A stretch of DNA of 64,000 nt from positions 106,047 to 170,046 of the forward strand of contig CALFXE010000200.1 in NCBI GenBank assembly GCA_937927845.1, given 5' to 3'. Positions within the stretch are counted from its first letter, which is position 1. Each line of letters begins with the position of its first letter. This DNA is from an uncultured Paludibacter sp. (GTDB taxonomy: Bacteria; Bacteroidota; Bacteroidia; Bacteroidales; Paludibacteraceae). A program made the position numbers and the translations under genes. Below the pieces are notes generated by a model, which was not told the origin of the DNA, searched no databases, and worked only from the letters and a program-made list of their open reading frames with translations. Below are positions 1 to 10,537 of the stretch, piece after piece.

Positions 1-3000
1 GAAGGGGACAGTACATTATCGGTCTTTTTTGCAAATTCTAAAAGTACACCAGATTATTTTTCACCGATAAAACCTTTCTATACAGATGGAACATTGGTGA
101 GTTATGGAGGAACTATTGGTATTCTGGAAAAGGTCGATCAGGATTACAATAGGGCAAGTTTCAGAAGCCTTAATCTTACAGACAGTAATGCTTTCTTTCA
201 ACACTACATTCTTCTAAGGGATAATTACTTCGGTTTGGCAGAACGGGAACTTTCCGGAGAAGATATAAACGAACGGTATCGCGGAAAAGTAAATGAAACC
301 TATGATTTTTTTATAGCAAAGTACGGGCAGCTTAATAATCCGGCAAATCGCAAGTTAATCCTTGAAGACAGGGCATTGGGACACACAGTGCTTTCTTCCC
401 TGGAGCGAAGAGATGGTGTACAATTTGTCAAATCAGATATCCTTACCCAGAGTATCTTTAAGAAGCAGGAATTATTAAAGACGGAAGATCCGTTAGAAGC
501 ATTAGCCAGAAGCCTTAATGATCTGGGATATGTTGATATTGCATTTATAAGTTCCGCAATGGGCATCTCGGATGAAGAGTCTATTGCGGTTTTGGATGAG
601 CGGATTTATCTGAACCCAAACGGAGACATTTGGGAAACAAGGGATAAATATCTGAGCGGTAATGTTCACCAAAAACTTTCCGATGTTAAAAAAGCATTGG
701 AAGCTCAGTCGGAAAACGGGCAGTACAAGCGAAGCCTGGATGCCCTAGCAAAGATCCAGCCGGAACGGATACCGTTCGACCTGCTGGATTTTAATCTTGG
801 CGAAAGATGGATACCCGAATCGTATTATAACCAATTTGCTACTGAATTGTTTGAGGAAAAAACGAAGATACATTTTTTGCGATCATTAGATAGCTTCAAG
901 GTTGAAGTAAGTCACAACACTAAGGTCGATAGTGAGTATGCAGTGTTTCCCAAGAGTGGAAGAACTATGTATGGTTACACCATTTTGGAACATGCCCTTG
1001 AAAATACGGCACCGTTTTTTACCTATGAAATAAAAATGAATGATGGGGCAACAATACGTCAGCCAGATAATGATGCTATACAATTGGCGCATCAAAAGAT
1101 TGAGCTCATTCGAAACAATTTTGTCAATTGGCTAACGGAACTGGGCAATGACCAGAAGAAAGAGCTGGAAGATATTTATAACAACACCTATAATTGCTTT
1201 GTCTTGCGGGAATATGATGGAAGCCATCTTAGTTTTCCAGGGTTGGACAGAAAAGCATTGGGTATCGAAGACTTGTACAGCTCACAAAAAAATGCTGCCT
1301 GGCGAATTATTCAGAATCGTGGTGGGTTGATTGACCATGAGGTAGGACTTGGTAAAACACTTACCATGATTGTGGCCGGACAGGAAATGAAACGGCTTGG
1401 CGTTGTGCAAAAGCCTGTTATTACTGCTTTGAAAGCAAATATTGGTGATATAGCGGAAACATTTAAAAAGGCCTACCCAAGTGCGAGGGTTTTGTATCCT
1501 AGTGATCGTGATTTTGAACCTAAGAATCGCTTAAGGTTGTTCCATGAAATCAAGAACAACAATTGGGACTGTATCATAATGACACATGACCAATTTGGAA
1601 AGATACCCCAAAGTCCGGAAATCCAACAGAGCATACTTGCAAAAGAATTGGACAACATTGAGTTAGATCTTGAAACGGTAAGGAATATTGGGGGCGATAT
1701 TTCAAAAAAGATGTTGAAAGGTTTGGAAATCAGAAAGAAAAACCAAGACATTAAGTTGAAAGAGGTCCAGGAAAGTATTCAAAGCAGGAAAGATGAGGGA
1801 ATAGATTTAAAAACGATGGGTGTTGACCATCTCTTTGTTGATGAAAGTCATAAGTTCAAGAACCTCACCTTTACCAGTCGGCACAATCGGGTCGCAGGAA
1901 TCGGAAACATGGAGGGAAGCCAGAAGGCGCTGAACATGCTGTTCTCCGTCAGACAGTTTCAAGAGTTGTACGATGCAGACTTGTGTGCAACATTCCTTTC
2001 CGGTACTCCAATTTCGAATAGTCTAACGGAAATGTACCTCATTTTTAAATACCTACGGCCAAAGGAAATGAAAAGATTGGGGATTGAAAATTTTGATGCT
2101 TGGGCAGCAGTATATGCAAAGAAAACTACAGATTTTGAATTTAATGTTACCAATGAGATCGTAGCCAAGGATAGGTTTAGACATTTTATAAAAGTTCCAG
2201 AATTGGCTATGTTCTATAACGAAATTACGGATTACAAAACGGCTAAACATATCAATCTTGACAAACCGGAGATTGATGAGATACTGGTTAACATCAAACC
2301 AACATCGGAACAGGCAGATTTTATTCAGAACTTAATGGAGTTTGCTTCTACTGGTGATGCCACATTGCTTGGAAGGCAAGAGCTATCAGACTCCGAAGAC
2401 CAGGCCAGAATGCTCATTGCAACTAACTATGCAAAAAAAATGGCTGTGGATATGCGGTTGATTGATGAGGAAATTTATGGCGATCATCCGAACAATAAAA
2501 TCAATACAGCAGCGCGGAATATTAGTGAGATCTATTGGGAAAGTATTAAACATAGGGGTACTCAAATAGTATTTTGTGATGTAGGAACCCCAAAGCCAGG
2601 ACGATTTAACGTGTATGATGAACTAAAAGGGAAACTGGCACAAGACTTTGACATCCCTGCCCATGAAATAACCTTTATTCATGATTCGGCATGGGATGGT
2701 TCTAAAAAGAAGAACCTCTTTAAAAAAATGAATGACGGAGAGATTCGCATTCTTGTTGGGAGTACAGAAAAAGCAGGAACTGGTCTTAATGTTCAAAAGC
2801 GTATGGTGGCTATGCATCATCTGGACATTCCCTGGAAGCCATCGGAACTTGACCAAAGGAACGGTCGTGGGGCAAGGCAGGGAAATGTTATAGCCAAAGA
2901 ATGTTACGATAACAAGGTTAAGAATTTTATTTATGCCGTTGAACAAAGTCTTGATAATTATAAGTTCAATTTGCTGAAAAACAAGCAGACTTTTATTTCA

Positions 3001-3942
3001 CAGATGAAGAATTGTGAGCTGAACGTGAGAACAATTGATGAAGGTTCGATGGATGAACAGAGCGGCATGAATTTTTCAGAATATATAGCCATTTTGTCGG
3101 GTGATACCTCGTTATTGGAAAAAAGCAGACTCGAAAAGAAAGTCACTGTTCTGGAGGGCTTGAGAAGTTCTCACTTTCGCGAGTTGAACCGGTACAAGGC
3201 TAGTTTGGAGGAAAGAAAAAAAGGACAGGCAAATGATACAGTCACATATAATAAACTTGCAGAAGATCTTGTCAATTACCATAAATACCTACAGTTTGAA
3301 AAAGATGGAACAAAGGCCAATCCTGTGAATTTAATTGGCTGTAAATCTGATGATCCAGAAAAAACAGGTGCGCATATTATCGATATGTACAAAAATTGGA
3401 AACCTAAAACTGGTGATCCTGATGTTCAAAAAATAGGTTCGTTATATGGATTTGATTTGTATGTCCGTAGGCAGGAAAATTTCTTTACCGATAAAATTGG
3501 AAGTGCATATACTATTAATTTTTTTGCTCAACGGGGAAGTGACGGAATAAAGTATACCTATAATCAGGGGCATCCAAATATTGATAACCACAAAATTGCA
3601 GCGAGACATTTCCTGAATGCAATTGACAGGATTGATAGTCTTGTTTCAAAATATGGACGGGAATTAAAAAATTACACACAGGAAATTCCAAAACTTGAGC
3701 AGCTTTGCGCGCGCTCATTTTTACATGATAAGGAGTTGCAAACCCTTAAAAATGAATTAAGTAATCTGGAAAGGGAAATTTCAATAAATATAAACCAAAA
3801 GCGTCTGCTTGCAAATGGTACGGTTGAGGATGCCCCTATTATTGAAATGGTAGTCAGTGATTCGGAACTATCCGAAAAAGCAGATGTAATGGATTTGGTT
3901 TCCACAAAACAGCAACGGAGAGGGCAACGTATAAAATTTTAA
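1..3942 (+). CDS. Large SNF2/DarB-like helicase of the ICE 'DNA methylase-helicase' family, 5'-partial
   Basis: Frame is open from base 1; Walker A-like DHEVGLGKT, DExH FVDESH, motif III SGTPISN, motif [13 protein letters not shown]; basic C-terminal tail. Confidence 0.85.
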   Translation, partial: EGDSTLSVFFANSKSTPDYFSPIKPFYTDGTLVSYGGTIGILEKVDQDYNRASFRSLNLTDSNAFFQHYILLRDNYFGLAERELSGEDINERYRGKVNETYDFFIAKYGQLNNPANRKLILEDRALGHTVLSSLERRDGVQFVKSDILTQSIFKKQELLKTEDPLEALARSLNDLGYVDIAFISSAMGISDEESIAVLDERIYLNPNGDIWETRDKYLSGNVHQKLSDVKKALEAQSENGQYKRSLDALAKIQPERIPFDLLDFNLGERWIPESYYNQFATELFEEKTKIHFLRSLDSFKVEVSHNTKVDSEYAVFPKSGRTMYGYTILEHALENTAPFFTYEIKMNDGATIRQPDNDAIQLAHQKIELIRNNFVNWLTELGNDQKKELEDIYNNTYNCFVLREYDGSHLSFPGLDRKALGIEDLYSSQKNAAWRIIQNRGGLIDHEVGLGKTLTMIVAGQEMKRLGVVQKPVITALKANIGDIAETFKKAYPSARVLYPSDRDFEPKNRLRLFHEIKNNNWDCIIMTHDQFGKIPQSPEIQQSILAKELDNIELDLETVRNIGGDISKKMLKGLEIRKKNQDIKLKEVQESIQSRKDEGIDLKTMGVDHLFVDESHKFKNLTFTSRHNRVAGIGNMEGSQKALNMLFSVRQFQELYDADLCATFLSGTPISNSLTEMYLIFKYLRPKEMKRLGIENFDAWAAVYAKKTTDFEFNVTNEIVAKDRFRHFIKVPELAMFYNEITDYKTAKHINLDKPEIDEILVNIKPTSEQADFIQNLMEFASTGDATLLGRQELSDSEDQARMLIATNYAKKMAVDMRLIDEEIYGDHPNNKINTAARNISEIYWESIKHRGTQIVFCDVGTPKPGRFNVYDELKGKLAQDFDIPAHEITFIHDSAWDGSKKKNLFKKMNDGEIRILVGSTEKAGTGLNVQKRMVAMHHLDIPWKPSELDQRNGRGARQGNVIAKECYDNKVKNFIYAVEQSLDNYKFNLLKNKQTFISQMKNCELNVRTIDEGSMDEQSGMNFSEYIAILSGDTSLLEKSRLEKKVTVLEGLRSSHFRELNRYKASLEERKKGQANDTVTYNKLAEDLVNYHKYLQFEKDGTKANPVNLIGCKSDDPEKTGAHIIDMYKNWKPKTGDPDVQKIGSLYGFDLYVRRQENFFTDKIGSAYTINFFAQRGSDGIKYTYNQGHPNIDNHKIAARHFLNAIDRIDSLVSKYGRELKNYTQEIPKLEQLCARSFLHDKELQTLKNELSNLEREISININQKRLLANGTVEDAPIIEMVVSDSELSEKADVMDLVSTKQQRRGQRIKF

Positions 3943-3952
3943 AACATTCACA

Positions 3953-4267
3953 ATGGCAAATAGCGTTTACAAAATTAATAAGGGTATTAACCAGTCAATA
4001 GAATTTAAAGGTTTGAAGGCGCAATACATCTGGTACCTGGGCGCGGGCGTGGTAGGATTGCTGATTGTGTATTCAGTTATGTATATCATAGGTCTGCCAA
4101 CACTGGTTTGCCTTGGTGTAATTGGTATATCCGGAACCTTAGTGTTTATGAAAGTATACCGCATGAGTAACATGTATGGGGAATATGGGCTGATGAAAGA
4201 ACTTGCCAGAAGGCAAATCCCTAAAAACATTAAATGCAATAGCAGGAAGGTTTACCGTGGTTTTTGA
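3953..4267 (+). CDS. traF: Conjugative transposon TraF-like (DUF4133) membrane protein
   Basis: INKGINQSIEFKGLKAQYIW N-terminus, two TM segments, YGEYGLMK motif, upstream of traG. Confidence 0.8.
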   Translation: MANSVYKINKGINQSIEFKGLKAQYIWYLGAGVVGLLIVYSVMYIIGLPTLVCLGVIGISGTLVFMKVYRMSNMYGEYGLMKELARRQIPKNIKCNSRKVYRGF

Positions 4268-4791
4268 AGGGAGGTGATGTGGAAGATGAAGAATCAAAGA
4301 ATGAACTGCTCAGGCTCAGGCAAAAAGGTGTATTGCCAGAACTTGAAATTGCCGGGCAGGTTTATGAGGTTGACTGGTGTAATCGTTTGCTAAGGGCTTT
4401 AGATAATCCGGAGGTGGAACCGATTTCTTTCTCCGAACAAGGAGGGAATTTTTACGGGGATTATTATTATCTGCCCTATGATTTTAAGGAAAAAAAAATA
4501 GTTGACCTTGATTTTGATGCGACAACCTTACCAGAAAATGTGGTTATCGTAAAGTTTCCGGGAGGATTGAAGCTTGATCCTTTTGCTGTAGCCAGGGAAA
4601 ATGGATTGAACCAAAGGAAATTTGTCGAAAATAATCCAATTTCAAAAAGAATAATAGCGGAAGTAATACCACTGAATCAGACCGCATTGGTAAGGTTTGT
4701 TGAGTTAAACAAACAAAAGCAAATACCGCAAATAGCAAAAAAGTCCTCTGCGAGCATAAAAAACAGAAAAGGGAATGGTTTAAGTAAATAG
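4264..4791 (+). CDS. ICE hypothetical protein (one copy of an LPxxxIxG..(F/Y)xVD domain)
   Basis: 175-aa ORF overlapping the traF stop; paralogous to the next ORF; start codon uncertain. Confidence 0.7.
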   Translation: MKGGDVEDEESKNELLRLRQKGVLPELEIAGQVYEVDWCNRLLRALDNPEVEPISFSEQGGNFYGDYYYLPYDFKEKKIVDLDFDATTLPENVVIVKFPGGLKLDPFAVARENGLNQRKFVENNPISKRIIAEVIPLNQTALVRFVELNKQKQIPQIAKKSSASIKNRKGNGLSK

Positions 4792-4794
4792 GAG

Positions 4795-5607
4795 ATGAAA
4801 AGGGAACTACCAATATTTAACATCAACGGTACAGAGTTCATTGTTGATGTTGAGAACTTACAATTGAGGGAAAAAAATAACGACAATAATGTTATTTCAT
4901 TCTTAGCAATGAACGAAATGAACCGGGGGTATCAATTTATCTACAATACGATCGGTAATAACATGTCCATCTTTGCAGGTACTGACCAGTATAATGTCAT
5001 TGTCAATGTGCCCGAACTGGTTGATCTTGATCCTGTTGGTATGGCACAAAAGTATGGCTGTAAACTTGAAGAGGTGAAGTCAAAAACAGATTTTGATCTT
5101 ATGGTTGACCAGAAGGCATTGAACCGCCGGATGTCAGGAATATTGCCTACGATAAATATTGAGGGTGATCTGTTTTATGTTGATGTGGCTAAGGATTGCC
5201 TCCGGCCTGCGGATGATTTCATCTCCAATGGAATTAGCTTTACCGAAATTGAAGAGCGCTTTGATGAGGAAAGGAATGCTTATGTAATTCCCTATGACAA
5301 GCAAAAAAAAGAGTATCAGAAACTTGATTACGAGAATATAACAGCAATCCCAAAAGATTTAGTGGTTGTTGCTTTTCCTGCAGAGTATGATTTAGATCCG
5401 ATTGGCTTCAATCGTAAATACCGCCAAAGGGAGTTCCAAACTCTGAAAGAAGTCAATGTACGTTCGCATTTCAAGGCTGATGTAGTATCCTGGGAAGAAT
5501 TTGGAATGGTAAGGCTTATCGAGGAAAATCTGAAGAAGCAAAAACCGGTTAATGAAAAGATGGATGACAAGGCAGATAAAAAGCAACGGAGAAGCCGCAG
5601 GCTATGA
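4795..5607 (+). CDS. ICE hypothetical protein (two copies of the LPxxxIxG..FxVD domain)
   Basis: LPIFNINGTEFIVDV...LDPVG and LPTINIEGDLFYVDV...LDPIG internal duplication. Confidence 0.75.
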   Translation: MKRELPIFNINGTEFIVDVENLQLREKNNDNNVISFLAMNEMNRGYQFIYNTIGNNMSIFAGTDQYNVIVNVPELVDLDPVGMAQKYGCKLEEVKSKTDFDLMVDQKALNRRMSGILPTINIEGDLFYVDVAKDCLRPADDFISNGISFTEIEERFDEERNAYVIPYDKQKKEYQKLDYENITAIPKDLVVVAFPAEYDLDPIGFNRKYRQREFQTLKEVNVRSHFKADVVSWEEFGMVRLIEENLKKQKPVNEKMDDKADKKQRRSRRL

Positions 5608-5646
5608 GTTAGAAAGCTAAAGGAAAACAGTTAAAGCAATAATGAG

Positions 5647-8124
5647 ATGGATACATGGATGAATGAATTGATGCCTGTTATGGGAGTGGAACACGATTGT
5701 ATCCTGTCCAAACAAGGCGATATAACCGTAGCTTTTAAAGTCGAGTTGCCGGAGATTTTCACCCTATCGGACAACGAATATGAAACCTTTCACCAGAATT
5801 GGATAAAAGCAATAAAGATATTGCCAAAATTTACCGTCTTGCAAAAGCAAGATTGGTTTATCGACAGCAAATACAAGGCAGACTTTACCAAAGACGATAC
5901 CAGTTTCCTGTCAAGGTCAAGTGAGCGTTTTTTCAACGAACGTCCTTTTTTAGACCATAGCTGCTATATCTACCTGACCAGGAAACCGGCAGGACGAAAA
6001 GCAGGCAGTTCGTTATTTTCGAATTTAATCAGAAAAAGTATCGTCCCTGAAGAAACGCTGAATGCGGGAATACTTCAAGATTTCCTTGATTCCTGTGGGC
6101 AATTTAAGCATATACTGGAAGAGTGCGGCTTTATCTCTTTAAAAAGGTTAAAGCAAAATGAATTGCGGAGCAGCCGCCGCCAGATGGGAATTGTGGAACG
6201 GTATTGCAATCTGGCTGAAAAACAGGACTCGTTTCTAATCAAGGATATTGATTTTAGTGACGGCATTAAAGTAGGCGATCAGTATGCACAGTTATACACG
6301 CTTGGTGATGCTGCGAACTTGCCAGCACTTTGCGGTAGCCGCATAAACTATGACAGATACTCTACTGATAAAACAAAATTCAGCATTGGATTTGCCAGTA
6401 CTCTAGGGCAATTACTTTCTTGCAATCACATTTACAGCCAGTATATTTTTATCGATGACGGGCAAAAGACGATTCAAAAATTGGAGAGTAAACGGTTGCG
6501 GCTGCAATCGCTATCCGCTTATAGCAGGGAGAATACCATAGCCAGGGACGCAACTAATGATTTCTTGAATGAGGCTATCAGTCAGCAGCGCCTACCGGTA
6601 AAAGCACATTTCAATGTCTTGGTCTGGACGGATGAAAGGGAAAAGTTAAAGGATTTAAAGAACATGGTCTCCTCTGCTCTTGCTCAAATGGATGCTGTAG
6701 CCAAACAGGAAACAGTAGGTGCTGCGCAAATATTTTGGGCAGGAATTCCGGGCAATAGTGCCGATTTTCCGATGAATGATACCTTCGACACGTTTGCCGA
6801 ACAGGCAACGTGCTTTTTGAATCTTGAAACCGGGTACCGCAGTTCATTAAGTCCGATGGGTATCCGTCTTGGCGACAGACTTACCGGTAAGCCGGTACAC
6901 GTCGATATTTCTGATGAGCCTATGCAAATGGGTATATGCACCAATCGGAATAAGTTTATTTTGGGGCCAAGCGGTTCCGGGAAAAGTTTTTTCACCAACC
7001 ACATGGTACGCAGCTACTACGAGCAAGGCACGCATGTCGTTCTTGTTGATGTAGGTCATAGCTATAAGGGACTTTGTGATATGGTAAAGGGCTACTACTT
7101 CACATACAGCGAAGAAAATCCAATCCGGTTTAATCCCTTTTACATTGGCGAAGGTGATAATCTGGATACCGAAAAGAAAGAGAGCATTAAAACGTTGCTC
7201 CTTGCGCTCTGGAAGAAAGACGATGAGCAGTTTAAGCGGTCTGAGTATGTTGCTATGTCCAATGCGATAGGTGGTTATTACCATTTTTTGGATAGTAGTA
7301 ACCCGGATGTGTTTCCATGCTTTAATACATTTTATGAATTTTTAAGGGATCAGTATGTTGCGGTTCTAACTGGCGACAAGGTAAAGGAAAAGGATTTTGA
7401 CATTGATAATTTTCTATATGTACTGCGCCCTTATTATAAAGGTGGTGAGTTTGATTATCTGCTTAATGCAACCGAGAACCTTGATCTTTTACAGGAACGG
7501 TTTATTGTTTTCGAACTGGACAATATAAAAGATCACCCTATTTTGTTTCCGGTCGTTACCATCATTATAATGGAAGTATTCATCAATAAAATGAGGAAAA
7601 TGAAAGGACTTCGTAAGATGATATTAATTGAAGAAGCTTGGAAAGCCTTGATGAAAGAGGGATTTGCTGAGTACATCAAGTATCTTTTTAAAACAGTCCG
7701 GAAATTCTTTGGCGAAGCAATAGTGGTGACACAGGAAGTAGAGGATATTATCTCCTCACCGGTAGTAAAACAAGCCATCATCAATAATAGCGACTGTAAA
7801 ATTTTGCTTGATCAAAGCAAATACCAGAATAAGTTTGACCAGATACAGGAACTTCTTGGACTGACCGAAAAGGAAAAGGCTCTGGTATTATCGGTTAACA
7901 AAGCCAATGATCCCACTAAAAAATACAAGGAAGTATTCATTTCTCTTGGCGGTGTATTATCCAAAGTATATCGGACGGAAGTATCTGTTGAAGAATACCT
8001 CGCTTACACCACTGAACAAAGTGAAAAGGTAAGATTGATGAAGCATGCGGATCAATTCGGAGGGGACATTCTAAAGGGTATACGTGCAATGGCGGAAGAA
8101 ATTCGATTAAGTAAACTTAAATAA
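5647..8124 (+). CDS. traG: TraG family conjugative transposon ATPase (VirB4-like)
   Basis: Walker A GPSGSGKS, Walker B-like ILIEEAW, ILSKQGDIT N-terminus, 825 aa. Confidence 0.93.
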   Translation: MDTWMNELMPVMGVEHDCILSKQGDITVAFKVELPEIFTLSDNEYETFHQNWIKAIKILPKFTVLQKQDWFIDSKYKADFTKDDTSFLSRSSERFFNERPFLDHSCYIYLTRKPAGRKAGSSLFSNLIRKSIVPEETLNAGILQDFLDSCGQFKHILEECGFISLKRLKQNELRSSRRQMGIVERYCNLAEKQDSFLIKDIDFSDGIKVGDQYAQLYTLGDAANLPALCGSRINYDRYSTDKTKFSIGFASTLGQLLSCNHIYSQYIFIDDGQKTIQKLESKRLRLQSLSAYSRENTIARDATNDFLNEAISQQRLPVKAHFNVLVWTDEREKLKDLKNMVSSALAQMDAVAKQETVGAAQIFWAGIPGNSADFPMNDTFDTFAEQATCFLNLETGYRSSLSPMGIRLGDRLTGKPVHVDISDEPMQMGICTNRNKFILGPSGSGKSFFTNHMVRSYYEQGTHVVLVDVGHSYKGLCDMVKGYYFTYSEENPIRFNPFYIGEGDNLDTEKKESIKTLLLALWKKDDEQFKRSEYVAMSNAIGGYYHFLDSSNPDVFPCFNTFYEFLRDQYVAVLTGDKVKEKDFDIDNFLYVLRPYYKGGEFDYLLNATENLDLLQERFIVFELDNIKDHPILFPVVTIIIMEVFINKMRKMKGLRKMILIEEAWKALMKEGFAEYIKYLFKTVRKFFGEAIVVTQEVEDIISSPVVKQAIINNSDCKILLDQSKYQNKFDQIQELLGLTEKEKALVLSVNKANDPTKKYKEVFISLGGVLSKVYRTEVSVEEYLAYTTEQSEKVRLMKHADQFGGDILKGIRAMAEEIRLSKLK

Positions 8125-8131
8125 CTGAAAA

Positions 8132-8809
8132 ATGAAAAGGTATATTAAAATAATGGTAATCAGTATCATGATCGCCACCACGGTACTGCCCGTTCAGCGG
8201 GTACATGCAGCCGGGATATTCGGACTATTCGGGGCTGCGGTGGCGAAGGCTATTAAGGCTATTGATTTAAAAATCCAACGGGAGCAAAACAAAGTGATCT
8301 GGCTTCAAAATGCACAAAAAGCAGTTGAGAATGCACTCTCAAAATTAAAACTAAAGGAAATTGCCGAATGGACGGAAAAACAAAAAGAGCAGTACCAAAA
8401 GTACTACGAAGAATTACACAAGGTTAAGAGCATTATCAGCTATTACCAGCGCATCCGGGAGATCACGCAAAAGCAGTTAAGAATGGTACAGGAATACAAT
8501 CGTGTTTGGGGTCAGCTCAATCAGGATGATAATTTCACAGCAAAAGAAATCAATTATATGGGGCAGGTCTACTCCGGTATTTTGGAAGAGAGCTTAAAGA
8601 ACCTGAATCAGATCACTATGGTGGTTCAGTCGTTTACCGCTACAATGAGCGATGCAAAGCGATTGGAGATTATCAATGCCGCTGCCGACAGGATAGAGGA
8701 AAACTATAATGATCTGCGGGCTTTCAATCAGCAGAATGCCATTTTGAGCATTCAACGCACTACGACACTGGCGGAAAAAGATCATCTTAAAAAGCTATAT
8801 GGGCTATAA
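8132..8809 (+). CDS. Conjugal transfer protein TraI-like (VirB5-like, signal peptide)
   Basis: Signal peptide ending VHA; MSDAKRLEIIN motif; located between traG and traJ. Confidence 0.7.
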   Translation: MKRYIKIMVISIMIATTVLPVQRVHAAGIFGLFGAAVAKAIKAIDLKIQREQNKVIWLQNAQKAVENALSKLKLKEIAEWTEKQKEQYQKYYEELHKVKSIISYYQRIREITQKQLRMVQEYNRVWGQLNQDDNFTAKEINYMGQVYSGILEESLKNLNQITMVVQSFTATMSDAKRLEIINAAADRIEENYNDLRAFNQQNAILSIQRTTTLAEKDHLKKLYGL

Positions 8810-8820
8810 ATCCGAAAAGT

Positions 8821-9324
8821 ATGGAAAGGCTGCTAGAAGATATAAAAAGTGCTTTTGATGAGATCGAAAACAGGCTGATAACTAATGGATACAATGTTTC
8901 CAATTTCGTTATAGACATGCAAGATGAAGATAGCCTTAGGAATGGATTTGACTTTTTTTTGGAAGATAAATATTTTGACTACGGGCTTGAACATGTATTA
9001 AGCTTCAAAACTATCATACACAAGAATGAGAAGACAAAAGAGCTGATTAAAGCTGAATTTCTGATCTATTATAAAGAAGAATTAAGAAAGTTTACGCTTA
9101 TCGAAGTAAATATAAGCTTAACAGCAAATAAAGAACAGTTTAATAAAACACTGACGACTCCCGATGTTTATTTACCTGCTTGTAGTCAGGCGATCAAAAT
9201 AGCTAGGGCTGAAAGAAGGTATCAACAGAAAAAAAATAAGTTTAAAGGATATGAAAGGACTGGTTATAATAGTATTTATGAATCTGTGGTCAGGCATAGG
9301 GCTAAAAGCACAGACATGGAATGA
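8821..9324 (+). CDS. Hypothetical protein inside the tra operon
   Basis: 167-aa ATG ORF, AT-rich, overlaps the next gene by 74 nt. Confidence 0.55.
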   Translation: MERLLEDIKSAFDEIENRLITNGYNVSNFVIDMQDEDSLRNGFDFFLEDKYFDYGLEHVLSFKTIIHKNEKTKELIKAEFLIYYKEELRKFTLIEVNISLTANKEQFNKTLTTPDVYLPACSQAIKIARAERRYQQKKNKFKGYERTGYNSIYESVVRHRAKSTDME

Positions 9325-9895
9325 GTGGTTCAATCAAAATGCCACCCAGAAAAAATATCTGAAGCAACAAATAGCCGCATTACAAGTGTACATCAACTAT
9401 GGTAAGGAGGGCTATAAGATTGCTAAGGAAGGATTGTCTACGATAGGAAATATGTCCAGGGGAGAATTTAATTTACATGAGGATTATTTTACCTCTCTAA
9501 AAAACGTCAATCCAAGAATCAAAAATTATCAGAAGGTAGACGATATCATTACCTTACAGGTGCGTATACTAAGCGGATATCAGCAATTAAGGCCGAAGAT
9601 TAATCAAAGTGATCTGTTTACAAGTTCAGAACGGGCATACCTTAATGGTGTTTATACCCGATTGTTGGCACATTCTGATAAAACCTTGGATGAACTCCTT
9701 ATGGTCATAACAGATCAGAAACTCGAAATGACAGATGAACAAAGGATCAGTAGGGTCGACAATTTACATAGGGAGATGCAAAATCATTTTGGTTTCTTTC
9801 AAAGCTTCACTAAAGAAAACCAAATCATGGTGGTGGCCAGGTTAAAGGAAAAGAACGAAGCAGGAAACAGCCGTGTTTGGCAGGGCATAAATTAA
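9251..9895 (+). CDS. TraI-like paralogue (secreted)
   Basis: Signal peptide ending KAQ; MTDEQRISRVD motif shared with neighbours. Confidence 0.7.
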   Translation: MKGLVIIVFMNLWSGIGLKAQTWNEWFNQNATQKKYLKQQIAALQVYINYGKEGYKIAKEGLSTIGNMSRGEFNLHEDYFTSLKNVNPRIKNYQKVDDIITLQVRILSGYQQLRPKINQSDLFTSSERAYLNGVYTRLLAHSDKTLDELLMVITDQKLEMTDEQRISRVDNLHREMQNHFGFFQSFTKENQIMVVARLKEKNEAGNSRVWQGIN

Positions 9896-9902
9896 TAGGT
9901 AA

Positions 9903-10532
9903 ATGAAAAGGATTGTTTGGATAATATGCCTGGTTCTAGCCGGTATGGTAAAGAGCCGGGCTCAGGTGGCGGAAAGTGCTCAATTGGCTCTCAATATTGA
10001 AAAGTTGGCTCAGTTTAAGCAGATACTTAGTGATATGAAAAAGGGCTATCAGACGCTTTCAGGAGGTTATAATACCATTAAGGGAATTTCACAGGGTAAC
10101 TTCAATATCCATAAGATATTCCTTGATGGATTGATGGAAGTGAGTCCGACCGTTCGCAATTACAGAAAGGTTGGTGAGGTAATTAATTTCCAGGTCATAT
10201 TGGTACAGGAATATAGAAATGCCTATAACCGCTTTAGGATCGATGAAAATTTTTCGGTAAGCGAATTAGGTTATTTGGCAAAGGTCTATGATAACCTGTT
10301 TAAGGAAAGTTTGCGGAACCTTGATGAACTCATAGGTGTGGTCACTGCCGGAAAGATGCGGATGAGTGATGATGAGCGCATTAATGCAATAGACCATATC
10401 TACTCGGATATGGAAGATAAGTTGCAATTTCTGAGACACTTTAATAGTAAGACAACGGTACTTTCCATGCAGCGTGCAAAAGAGCGCAGAGATTCCGAAT
10501 CCATCGGTAAAGTCTATGGTATAAATCATTAA
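9903..10532 (+). CDS. TraI-like paralogue (secreted)
   Basis: Signal peptide ending RAQ; MSDDERINAID motif; C-terminal VYGI matches LYGL of 8132..8809. Confidence 0.7.
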   Translation: MKRIVWIICLVLAGMVKSRAQVAESAQLALNIEKLAQFKQILSDMKKGYQTLSGGYNTIKGISQGNFNIHKIFLDGLMEVSPTVRNYRKVGEVINFQVILVQEYRNAYNRFRIDENFSVSELGYLAKVYDNLFKESLRNLDELIGVVTAGKMRMSDDERINAIDHIYSDMEDKLQFLRHFNSKTTVLSMQRAKERRDSESIGKVYGINH

Positions 10533-10537
10533 TTCAG

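Noticed and set aside
9903-10532. Possible TerB tellurite-resistance annotation
   Set aside because: Signal peptide, position in the tra operon and motifs shared with the TraI-like neighbours indicate a conjugation protein
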